A stretch of 32,000 nucleotides of DNA from an uncultured Acidobacteriota bacterium (lineage in GTDB: Bacteria > Acidobacteriota > Blastocatellia > Pyrinomonadales > Pyrinomonadaceae): positions 5,272,444 through 5,304,443 of the forward strand of contig OY970193.1 in NCBI GenBank assembly GCA_963708055.1, given 5' to 3'. Both the position numbers and the translations under genes were made by a program. Of the stretch, positions 16,397 through 24,522 are shown in pieces (within the stretch, counting starts at the first letter, position 1; every line of letters begins with the position of its first letter). A model generated the notes under the pieces. That model was not told where the DNA came from, ran no database searches, and saw only the letters and a list, made by a program, of their open reading frames with translations.

Positions 16397-19300
16397 TCCG
16401 CAGGATAACCAGGCCAATTCAGTAGCGCCGTACGTTGGACCAAGGTCTTTCCAAAGGGAACAACGGGAGTTTTTCTTTGGTCGCGACGAAGAGGCCGATG
16501 AGTTGGTGTCGATCATAACGGCGCACTCGGCGGTGCTGCTGTATTCACAGTCAGGGGCCGGCAAGTCGTCGCTTTTGAATGCGAAATTGATTCCGAAGTT
16601 GGAGGAAGAAGAAAACTTCAACATCCTGCCGACGATGCGTGTGCAAGGCCAGATTCCGCCGTCGGTAAAGGTGGACAAAACTGCAAACATCTTTGTCACT
16701 AATGCCCTCTTCAGTTGCGGTGAGTTTGATCCCGCCAAAGTAAAAAACGGGATAACGTTTGCCGAGTTTCTGAAGAATGCGGTTGAGCGGACCAATGAGT
16801 ACGGCGAACCATGCCCAACCGTTTTGGTCTTCGATCAGTTTGAAGAACTCTTTACCTCGTATCCGGGACACTGGGCCGATCGCGAAGACTTCTTCAGGCA
16901 GATAGGGGAAGCGATCGAAGGAAACCCGAAGAAGGGTTTGCCGGGTAATCCACTACTGCGCGTTCTCTTTTCCATGCGCGAGGATTACATCGCCGAGCTC
17001 GATCCTTATCTCTCGTTACTGCCCGACAAGTTGCGCAGTCGATTTCGCCTGGAACACCTGCGAGAGAAAAAAGCTCTCGTGGCGATCACCGAACCGCTGA
17101 AAAAGACGAATCGTTCCTTCGCTCCCAACGTGGCGGAGCAGTTGGTTAAGAACCTGCTGAGAACTCCGAGTCAGAGTTTGACGGGATCGCAGACCATGGG
17201 ACTCTTCATTGAGGGGGTTCAACTGCAAGTGGTCTGTCAGAGCTTGTGGGAGGCGCTTGGTCCAACTGAGACGGTCATCACTGCGAAACATCTCCAGAAG
17301 TATGGCGACGTGAGCCAGGCGTTGTCACACTTCTATGAAAGATCGGTGGCCACTGTTGCTAAAGAAACCGGTGTAAAAGAAGAAATCCTGCGACGCTGGT
17401 TTGCAGACACATTGATCACTCCCGAAGGCACGCGCGCGCCGGTCAATCGGGGAACCGATCAAACCGGCGGCATGTCCAATGCCGTGGTCGACAAGCTCGA
17501 AACGATGCACCTGATCAAAGGCGAGTGGAAAGGCACCAACGTTCGCTGGTACGAACTCGCGCACGATCGCTTTATCGAACCGATCCGCAGGTCCAATGAC
17601 ACGTGGCTCGCCAATCAATCTCGAGGAGAGCAGGTCCGTCTCCGACTCGAAGACAAAGCTGCCAAGTGGAAACCGGGAACCAAAGTGCTCAGCGCGGACG
17701 AACTACTCGAGGCTCGTAACCTGGTAAACGACAATATGGCCAGCCCTTCGTTACGCGCCCTCGTAGATGCAAGTCGTGCCGGTGCCACCAGAAAGCGAAT
17801 TAAATTGCTTACCTTCGTGGCCGTCGTTTGTGGTGCTGCACTTTTGGTCTTCATGGCCCTTGCCTACTTTGCGTACACGCAAAGAAATTTTGCCAAGTCG
17901 CGCTTTTTAGCAGTGAAGGCCAGCATGTTGCTGGCTTCCGATCCGGAGCTGAGCGTGCTGCTGGCGAAGGAAGCCATCGATGAGTATTCGGATACCGCAG
18001 ACGCGCGAAATGTGATCCGCAGTGGTCTGCTGTCGTTATCAAACGTTGGGGCCGCCTTTCCTCAAGGCGAGAAGGTAGCCGGCGCGGAATTCAGTCGTGA
18101 TGGCAAGTTCATTCTAACGCGCACAGTTGATGGAGGCGTGAAGTTGTGGGAGGTTGCGGGCAAGCGTTTGGTCAAAGAACTTCTTCCCGGTCAGGGTGGA
18201 AACTCCGCCACTTTTAGTCCTGACGGTAAATTCTTTGTCACTGCCGGCCAGGACGGTGTAGCCCGACTTTGGGGTGGCACCAACGCGGCGTTCGTGCGCG
18301 AGTTTCGAGGTCATACTGCAACTCTCAGCAGCGCGATCTTCAGTCCCGACGGGAAACATCTCGTAACGGGTGGTGAAGATATGTCTGTGCGTGTTTGGGA
18401 TGTTGCCGGCGGTGCGCAAACAAAGCTACTCGAAGGTCACGAGGGCGCCGTGCAGAAAATTGTTTTCAGCACGGACAATGTTCATTTCGCTACCGAAGCC
18501 GGGGACGGTCGGGGATTCATCTGGAATCTGAATAGCGATCAAGGCAAGGAGGTTAAAGGACTGACTGGCTCAGCACCGGCACTCGCATTTAGTCCCGATG
18601 GGAAACTTCTGGCCACCGAAGGTGGACCAGGCACCGAGAACGGCGAACTATCTGAACGCGGTTATCCAACGACGGTTTGGGATGTGGCAACCGGAACGCC
18701 GAAATTCATTCTTGATGGTCATCAGGAATTCATTACCGGGGTTAATTTTAGTCCTGACGGGAATGTGATCGTCACGAGCAGCGCCGATAACAGCGCGCGT
18801 CTATGGACGTCAGACGGGCAGCTCGTTACAGAATTGATTGGCCACTCAGGACCACTCTCCGGTGCGTTTTTCAGTCCTGATGGCAAATACGTCGTTACGA
18901 CCAGCGCCGACAACACGGCGCGCGTTTGGGATTCACTCGATGGCCGGCTGGTCACCAGGCTCGGCGGCCATTCCCAGGCAATCAACACTGCGGCGTTCAG
19001 TGCCGATGGGCAATTTCTCGTTACCGGGAGCGACGATCAAACAATACGCGTGTGGCCCTTTAATCCTCGCGACGGTTCGATGGTCGAATCCTGGGAGCAC
19101 ACCGCCGCAGTCACAAGCATTGCGTGTAGTCCTGACGGTACTGACGTTGCCGCCACAACTCGTGATGGAAAACTGTGGCTGGAAGGCATAGGCATGCAAC
19201 GGACAATTCCGTTCCAGTATTTGATCGACCAAACAGTGCCGGTTAGTAGTGCCAAGTTTAGTCCTGATGGACAATTCATCGCGACTTCCATCGGGAACGA

Positions 19301-20147
19301 AGGAGCCGTTTACCGCATTGAGGAATTGCGTCAGTTTGTGGATGGGGTGCGTTCGGAATTTCTTTACGCGGAAGCGCAGGGACCGTCGGCAAGAAAACAG
19401 AATTTTGAGAATCCTCAGGGCGTGAGACTCGCAGGTCATAGTGCCGCTGTGAATGGCCTGGCTTTCAGTCCTGATGGCACTCAGATCGTGACGGCGAGTG
19501 CGGATTCGACGGCGCGAGTTTGGAATGCCTCTGATGGGAAAACTATCGGCGAACTTCGCGGTCATAGTGCCAGTCTAAATACAGCGGTCTTTAGTCCTGA
19601 CGGGAGATTTATTGTCACCGCCGGCGACGACAAGACGGTGCGTTTGTGGGATGCAAAGAGTTTCTCGTTTGTGAGAATGATTGGAGAAACGCAGGAGCAG
19701 CCGGTATCGAGTGCGTCGTACAGTCCGGATGGACGGCTGATCGTAACGACAAGCGCGGAAACGGCCTGGTTGTGTGACGCGGAGACCGGTGCGGTCAAGA
19801 AAAAACTGGAAGGCCATACGGGCTCGGTGAATAGCGCATCGTTCAGTCCCGACTCGCGCCTGGTGGTAACTGCGAGCTCTGACAACACGGCGCGCGTGTG
19901 GGACGCGCAAACCGGGGATAGTATCGCTAGTCTGTTGGACCATAAGGGCCCAGTTCTCAATGCGCTGTTTAGCCCGGATGGAAAGTCGGTGGTTACAGCA
20001 AGCGAAGATTACGCAACCCGCATCTATCCACGTGAGGCATTCGCGCCTTTTGAAGAATTACGGGAATTGATCAAGCAGCGCGTGGCCAGGGAATTGACGG
20101 ACAAGGAACGAAGAGATTATCTGAGAGACCCTGAGACGTTCTTTTAA
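16386..20147 (+). CDS. STAND-type P-loop NTPase (nSTAND1-like) with central hydrophobic helix and about 15 C-terminal WD40 repeats
   Basis: The ATG at 16386 overlaps the upstream stop by 11 nt (ATGCAAAGTAA). Motifs: 'PYVGPRSFQREQREFFFGRDEE', Walker A 'SQSGAGKSS' (nt about 16545-16571), Walker B 'VLVFDQFEELF' (Asp150 at 16833-16835). The hydrophobic segment is 'LLTFVAVVCGAALLVFMALAYFAY' (nt about 17806-17877). About 15 'FSPDGK..VT.S.D.TARVWD' WD40 units span about 18060-19990, enough for two propellers. Confidence 0.92.
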   Translation: MQSNPQDNQANSVAPYVGPRSFQREQREFFFGRDEEADELVSIITAHSAVLLYSQSGAGKSSLLNAKLIPKLEEEENFNILPTMRVQGQIPPSVKVDKTANIFVTNALFSCGEFDPAKVKNGITFAEFLKNAVERTNEYGEPCPTVLVFDQFEELFTSYPGHWADREDFFRQIGEAIEGNPKKGLPGNPLLRVLFSMREDYIAELDPYLSLLPDKLRSRFRLEHLREKKALVAITEPLKKTNRSFAPNVAEQLVKNLLRTPSQSLTGSQTMGLFIEGVQLQVVCQSLWEALGPTETVITAKHLQKYGDVSQALSHFYERSVATVAKETGVKEEILRRWFADTLITPEGTRAPVNRGTDQTGGMSNAVVDKLETMHLIKGEWKGTNVRWYELAHDRFIEPIRRSNDTWLANQSRGEQVRLRLEDKAAKWKPGTKVLSADELLEARNLVNDNMASPSLRALVDASRAGATRKRIKLLTFVAVVCGAALLVFMALAYFAYTQRNFAKSRFLAVKASMLLASDPELSVLLAKEAIDEYSDTADARNVIRSGLLSLSNVGAAFPQGEKVAGAEFSRDGKFILTRTVDGGVKLWEVAGKRLVKELLPGQGGNSATFSPDGKFFVTAGQDGVARLWGGTNAAFVREFRGHTATLSSAIFSPDGKHLVTGGEDMSVRVWDVAGGAQTKLLEGHEGAVQKIVFSTDNVHFATEAGDGRGFIWNLNSDQGKEVKGLTGSAPALAFSPDGKLLATEGGPGTENGELSERGYPTTVWDVATGTPKFILDGHQEFITGVNFSPDGNVIVTSSADNSARLWTSDGQLVTELIGHSGPLSGAFFSPDGKYVVTTSADNTARVWDSLDGRLVTRLGGHSQAINTAAFSADGQFLVTGSDDQTIRVWPFNPRDGSMVESWEHTAAVTSIACSPDGTDVAATTRDGKLWLEGIGMQRTIPFQYLIDQTVPVSSAKFSPDGQFIATSIGNEGAVYRIEELRQFVDGVRSEFLYAEAQGPSARKQNFENPQGVRLAGHSAAVNGLAFSPDGTQIVTASADSTARVWNASDGKTIGELRGHSASLNTAVFSPDGRFIVTAGDDKTVRLWDAKSFSFVRMIGETQEQPVSSASYSPDGRLIVTTSAETAWLCDAETGAVKKKLEGHTGSVNSASFSPDSRLVVTASSDNTARVWDAQTGDSIASLLDHKGPVLNALFSPDGKSVVTASEDYATRIYPREAFAPFEELRELIKQRVARELTDKERRDYLRDPETFF

Positions 20148-20153
20148 GGGGCA

Positions 20154-20486
20154 ATGGTGATGATAAAAGCTTTATTGACATTCTGCCTGATTGCTTGCTT
20201 CGCGATCGGGTCGCCGGCCGCAATGCAGGATAAAGGCGCGCAAAATAAGGCGCCACAACCACAACAGCCCAGCAAGGGCGATCCGGCCGTCCGGGTGTGG
20301 GTCGACACGCAATTCGGTTTTTATCACTGTCCCAACACCAAGCTTTACGGCAAGACCAAACAAGGCGTCTACATGACGCAGAAGCAAGCCCAGGACCGCG
20401 GCTATCGCCCCGCTTACAGTACCGTCTGCATCGCACCACCACCTCCCAAAGTCGCGCCTAAAGCTAAAGCACCAGTCAAGAAATAA
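20154..20486 (+). CDS. Small exported protein or lipoprotein, Cys-containing conserved C-terminal module
   Basis: It starts 6 nt after the NTPase stop; the alternative ATG 20160 is better spaced from AAGGGG. The hydrophobic N-terminus 'IKALLTFCLIACFAIGSPAA' has a lipobox-like 'LIAC'. A Pro/Gln-rich linker follows, then 'VWVDTQFGFYHCPNTKLYGKTKQGVYMTQKQAQDRGYRPA'. Confidence 0.65.
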   Translation: MVMIKALLTFCLIACFAIGSPAAMQDKGAQNKAPQPQQPSKGDPAVRVWVDTQFGFYHCPNTKLYGKTKQGVYMTQKQAQDRGYRPAYSTVCIAPPPPKVAPKAKAPVKK

Positions 20487-20558
20487 GCCACAGATCACAC
20501 GGATTACACAGATCAGAAAAATCATTTCTGATCCGTGTTCATCCGTTTTATCCGTGGC
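20487..20558. terminator. Imperfect palindrome of 'CACAGAT/CACGGAT' units between convergent genes; likely terminator for rodA (minus strand)
   Basis: The left arm 20487-20519 pairs with the right arm 20525-20558, with about 27 of 33 positions paired, 5 mismatches and 1 bulge. It abuts both stop codons (TAA 20484-20486 on the plus strand, TAG 20560-20558 on the minus strand). On the minus-strand transcript the stem is followed by UUAUUUCUU. Confidence 0.6.
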
Positions 20559-21682
20559 TAATTTACGAAGCGACGTAATTGAACGCTGATCGCGAATCCG
20601 ATCGCGATGAAGGTGGCGATAAGCGAAGCGAGGCCGGCGCTCATCAGGGGAAGGGGAACGCCGATCACGGGAGATATTCCGAGAGCCATGCCGATGTTGA
20701 TGAAGATCTGAAACGTCAGCCCACCGACAAACGCCATGATGAACAGCATGCCCATGCGGTCTGCCGAGCGACGCGCCCCGGTAATGAGTCGCGAGAGCAA
20801 TATCACGTAAGCCAGCAATACCAGCACGCAACCGATAAAGCCGGAATTCTCCGCCGTCACCGCATAGATAAAATCCGTGTGTGGCTCAGGCAAAAACTTC
20901 AAACCGCTTTGTGAATGTTCTACCGACGAACGCGAGCCAAACAAGCCACCCTCGCCAACCGTCAGGATCGATTGCCAGGTGTGATAACCGATACGACGCC
21001 GATCCGCATTCTCAGGATCGAGAATTACGTTGATGCGTTCCTGTTGGTACGACTTAACTGCTCCAGTTTTAACGCCCACTATGTACGCGGCGGGAATAAG
21101 GACCACCGCCAGCACCGCGCTAATCACGACCAGTCGTAACTTGATCGCCGATAAGAAAAGCACCACCAGCAGGATGGGAATGTAAGTGAGTACTGAACCA
21201 ACATCAGGCTCGAGCAGGATCAATCCAATCGGCAGCGCGAGAATCAAGCCGCCGACAATCATCTCCTTCAACGCCAGCGCCTGCCCGCGGTTCTTGCCAA
21301 AGTAACGCGCCAGCATCATCGCGGTCGTTACTTTCACAAACTCTGAAGGTTGAAACTGGCCGATGCCGCCCGGTAATTTTATCCACGCTCGTTGGCCGTT
21401 GATCTTCAAGCCGACACCCGGAAACAGCACCAGCACGAGGAGAATCAAGCCGAAAATATAGAAGGCGGGTGCAAGATTGAGCAGACGCCGGTAGTCAGTG
21501 AAGGCAATGGCCAGCATCATCACCAAACCAATGCTGAGGCCGATCAGTTGTTTGACCCAGTAGGTCTCGGTTGGTTGTGCGTTGCGGATCTGGATCGTGC
21601 CAAACAGCACGATGGCGATGGCGAGTAGTGCGAGAATCCAGTCGAAGTCACGCCAACTGCGTTTGTGAATAATTGCGACCAT
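20558..21682 (-). CDS. rodA: Rod shape-determining SEDS glycosyltransferase RodA (FtsW/RodA/SpoVE family)
   Basis: 374-aa polytopic membrane protein. Motifs: 'INGQRAWIKLPGGIGQFQPSEFVK', 'LEPDVGS', 'VGEGGLFG', 'LPEPHTDFIYAV', 'GVPLPLMSAG'. It lies last in the mre/mrd cluster. Confidence 0.95.
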   Translation of the reverse strand: MVAIIHKRSWRDFDWILALLAIAIVLFGTIQIRNAQPTETYWVKQLIGLSIGLVMMLAIAFTDYRRLLNLAPAFYIFGLILLVLVLFPGVGLKINGQRAWIKLPGGIGQFQPSEFVKVTTAMMLARYFGKNRGQALALKEMIVGGLILALPIGLILLEPDVGSVLTYIPILLVVLFLSAIKLRLVVISAVLAVVLIPAAYIVGVKTGAVKSYQQERINVILDPENADRRRIGYHTWQSILTVGEGGLFGSRSSVEHSQSGLKFLPEPHTDFIYAVTAENSGFIGCVLVLLAYVILLSRLITGARRSADRMGMLFIMAFVGGLTFQIFINIGMALGISPVIGVPLPLMSAGLASLIATFIAIGFAISVQLRRFVN

Positions 21683-21704
21683 CTAGGTATTGCCGATTGC
21701 CGAT

Positions 21705-23708
21705 TTATTGGTTCGCGACTGCGGTTGTTGCAGTTGCTGCGACGGGTTTAGCCGGGGCTGGTTTAGCTGGCGCCTGATTCGCGGGAGCAGGTTTTGCCGC
21801 GTCCGCATTCTGCTTTGCGATCTGTTTCGCGGCGGCTCCCGGCGGTTCTTCGTGCCGGGTCTTGCGATAGTAAACGTCATAAACGCCACGCACGGCGGGC
21901 GCCGCGTGATGTCCACCGAAACCGGAGTTTTCGATCAACGCCACCATCGCGATTTCCGGCTTGTACGCCGGAGCGTATGACACAAACCACGAGTGGTCTT
22001 TGTTTCTGCCGGTATCTTTACCGAGTGAGACCACCTGGGCCGTGCCGGTCTTGCCCGCGATGTCGAATCCGGCCATTTGAATACGTCCGCCAGTACCGCC
22101 GCCGTTCACCACGCGCCACATTCCCTCGACCACTGCATGATCGATCTCAGCCGAAATCGGAATCACCTTTGGATTGGGACGTTCCGGATCGAGCGGTTTG
22201 AAGCCAACTGGACCACGATAATCGGCGGTGCCCGGATTACCGATCGGTCTCACTTCCTTCAACAAATGCGGAATGTACATCTGTCCACCGCGACTGATCG
22301 CAGCGATTACGCGGATCAGCGAAATCGGAGAGATGATGTCGTAAACCTGTCCAAACGAGGCATAGACCGTGTCGATATCTCGCCACTCCGGATCTCTTGG
22401 TTGCATCTTGCGCTTGAACTCACGCGACGGTGTCCAGTTCAACACTTCGTTCGGAAGGTCGATGCCGGTACGTTTGTTGAGATCAAATTCATCGACCATC
22501 TCGACAATACCGTCGATCCCCATCTTCAAGCCCAGCCGGTAAAAGTAACCGTCGCACGAATGTGTGATCGCGGCCTTCACGTCAGGCGAACCGTGATTTC
22601 CCATGCAACGCGTGAATTTGTTGCCGATGGTGATACCGCCGCCGCAAACCAGATTTGATTTTTCGAGGGTAATGGCGCCCTGCTTCAAGCCTGATACGGC
22701 CATCGGAATTTTCCAGGTCGATCCCGGTGGATACTTGCTCTGCACCGCGCGATTAATCAGCGGGGTGTCTATATCGTTCAACAACGCTGCGTATTCGGCT
22801 TTACCTGCTTTGGTTCTGATGCGTTGCGAAAAAAGGTTGGGATCGAAAGTCGGGTACGACGCCATTGCCAGGATCTCGCCGTTGTTCGGATCCATCGAGA
22901 TGATGACACCGCGACGCGTGGCCGAATTCTTCAGTTGGTTTTCGGCCTCGTTTTGCAGATCCAGATCGATCGTGGTGACCAGATCGCGTCCGGGTATTGG
23001 TCGGATTGTTTCGATCTCGTCCTGAATTCGACCGCGACTGTCGACTACCACTTCGCGATAACCGTCCGTGCCGCGGAGATAGTCGTCGTAGATTTGTTCG
23101 AGACCATTCAGTCCGATGATGTCGCCGGGTTTGAGTCCTTTTTCTTTATAGACCTGTTTCTCGAGTTGCTCCGGACTGATTTCACCGACGTATCCAACTA
23201 CGTGAGCCAGCACGCCATCCGCCGGATATCGCCGTTGCGGCTGTTGTTCGACGCGGAGTTCGGGATACTCGTAATTGTGTGCCTCGACCCAGGCGATGTC
23301 GCCGGGCGTGGCGTCTCCCTTTACCTTGAGAGACTCAAATGCCGGCATCGTCTTTACCATCTCGAAGTACTCGCGAAGGATGTCCGGGTCAACGGATAAA
23401 CCCGCCGAGAGTGGTTCGATCAGCGCAGTGAGATCCTTGCCTTTGACGTCTTCGCGAGAGAGGATGACGTTGTAGGTCGGACGCGAATCGACGATGACGC
23501 GTCCTTCACGATCGAAGATGACACCACGCGGCGCAGGGATTGGCAGGCGCCGGCGGCGCTGATTCTCGGCAATCTCGGCATAACGCTCACCTCTGACAAC
23601 CTGCAACACGTAGAGCCGTACGCTCAGCAGTCCCAGCATGAGGATGACCAGAGCCTGGATAAACCGCAAACGAGCCCGAAGGTTTTGAGATGAGTCTTCG
23701 AATTTCAT
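21705..23708 (-). CDS. mrdA: Penicillin-binding protein 2 (elongasome transpeptidase)
   Basis: N-terminal TM anchor, then a PBP dimerisation domain. Transpeptidase motifs are SxxK 'PPGSTWK', SxN 'SCDGY' region, and 'AGKTGTAQV' (KTG). The C-terminus is Ala/Pro-rich. The gene lies between mreD and rodA. Confidence 0.95.
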   Translation of the reverse strand: MKFEDSSQNLRARLRFIQALVILMLGLLSVRLYVLQVVRGERYAEIAENQRRRRLPIPAPRGVIFDREGRVIVDSRPTYNVILSREDVKGKDLTALIEPLSAGLSVDPDILREYFEMVKTMPAFESLKVKGDATPGDIAWVEAHNYEYPELRVEQQPQRRYPADGVLAHVVGYVGEISPEQLEKQVYKEKGLKPGDIIGLNGLEQIYDDYLRGTDGYREVVVDSRGRIQDEIETIRPIPGRDLVTTIDLDLQNEAENQLKNSATRRGVIISMDPNNGEILAMASYPTFDPNLFSQRIRTKAGKAEYAALLNDIDTPLINRAVQSKYPPGSTWKIPMAVSGLKQGAITLEKSNLVCGGGITIGNKFTRCMGNHGSPDVKAAITHSCDGYFYRLGLKMGIDGIVEMVDEFDLNKRTGIDLPNEVLNWTPSREFKRKMQPRDPEWRDIDTVYASFGQVYDIISPISLIRVIAAISRGGQMYIPHLLKEVRPIGNPGTADYRGPVGFKPLDPERPNPKVIPISAEIDHAVVEGMWRVVNGGGTGGRIQMAGFDIAGKTGTAQVVSLGKDTGRNKDHSWFVSYAPAYKPEIAMVALIENSGFGGHHAAPAVRGVYDVYYRKTRHEEPPGAAAKQIAKQNADAAKPAPANQAPAKPAPAKPVAATATTAVANQ

Positions 23709-23829
23709 GTCGTTAATGCCTCATACTTAGTGCCTGGTGCACGGTACTGAGTTGTATGCAGGACGTTCGTTGGTTTGGCGATCATTAAGTTCAGGACGTT
23801 TCGGTTTAATTAAGATCGTTTCAGGTTCT

Positions 23830-24372
23830 TCATCTTCTTCGCAGGGGGCCGGTTGAGCGGCGCGCCACGCGGCGACGGGTGGCGAATTGCCGGCTTTGTG
23901 CTGAGCGCTCTGAAAGGAGAGCGTCGAGCATGTACATTGCCACGGTGCCGACGACCGTGGTGGCAATGAGTTTGTACGACATCGTTTGTACAAACGGCAC
24001 TACGGGTGGATAACCAAGCACGCGGTGCCAGAAAACGTAAATTGCGGAATCGAGCACTGAGCCCGCGGCCAGCACCGGAATTCGCAGTAACGGATTTTCA
24101 AGATTTACGCGGGTAGCCGCGAAGTAGATGATGTAAGCCGTCAGCGTTTTTGAAAACCCGCCTGCTCCTACCAACCCGCCACTCGCCGCATCGACAATTA
24201 ACCCCGCAAATGTGCCGACCAGTAACGCCTTCCAGGCGTCACGTTGCAACGCAATGTAAACAACCACGACGAGAGGAAAGTCGATAAAGGAGAGTGGTCG
24301 CCAAACCTCGCGCAGCGAAAGCTGCAACACGATGGAGACGAGTAAAACTACGGCAATCTTAAGCTGCGACAT
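23830..24372 (-). CDS. mreD: Rod shape-determining protein MreD
   Basis: Small protein of about 180 aa with about 5 TM helices, directly downstream of mreC. I prefer ATG 24372 ('MSQLKIAVVLLV'). The track start 24393 is a TTG that extends into the intergenic repeat. Confidence 0.85.
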   Translation of the reverse strand: MSQLKIAVVLLVSIVLQLSLREVWRPLSFIDFPLVVVVYIALQRDAWKALLVGTFAGLIVDAASGGLVGAGGFSKTLTAYIIYFAATRVNLENPLLRIPVLAAGSVLDSAIYVFWHRVLGYPPVVPFVQTMSYKLIATTVVGTVAMYMLDALLSERSAQSRQFATRRRVARRSTGPLRRR

Positions 24373-24378
24373 AAACAA

Positions 24379-24518
24379 ATTGCCAAGTGCCAATTGCCGA
24401 TTGCCGATTGCGCGAATTCGCAGTGTTCGAAACCAGCCACGCGACTTGAATGGTTGCGACGAATTTAGTTGTTATGTCGAGAAAACCAATTGGCAATCGG
24501 CAATTGGCAATCGGCAAT
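24379..24518. repeat. Heptamer-based (ATTGCCG/ATTGCCA) inverted repeat filling the mreC-mreD spacer
   Basis: Arm 24379-24410 'ATTGCCAAGTGCCAATTGCCGATTGCCGATTG' matches the reverse complement of arm 24487-24518 at 29 of 32 positions. The spacer is 76 nt. Confidence 0.85.
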
Positions 24519-24522
24519 ACCA

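Noticed and set aside
14401-20560. Calling the SIR2/STAND locus a mobile genomic island
   Set aside because: The window contains no integrase, transposase, tRNA attachment site or direct-repeat att sites. The flanking palindromes belong to two different families. I could not compute the GC content and made no GC-content claim.
24373-24393. Non-ATG (TTG/GTG) upstream starts used by the ORF track: mreD at 24393, the TerC family gene at 30801, GGDEF at 28378, TMEM175 at 6900, the hydrolase at 3168, DinB-like at 7617
   Set aside because: In each case the extension runs into a repeat, a hairpin or the neighbouring gene. An in-frame ATG with better spacing or RBS lies just downstream. MreC is the exception, because GTG 25431 is its only plausible start.
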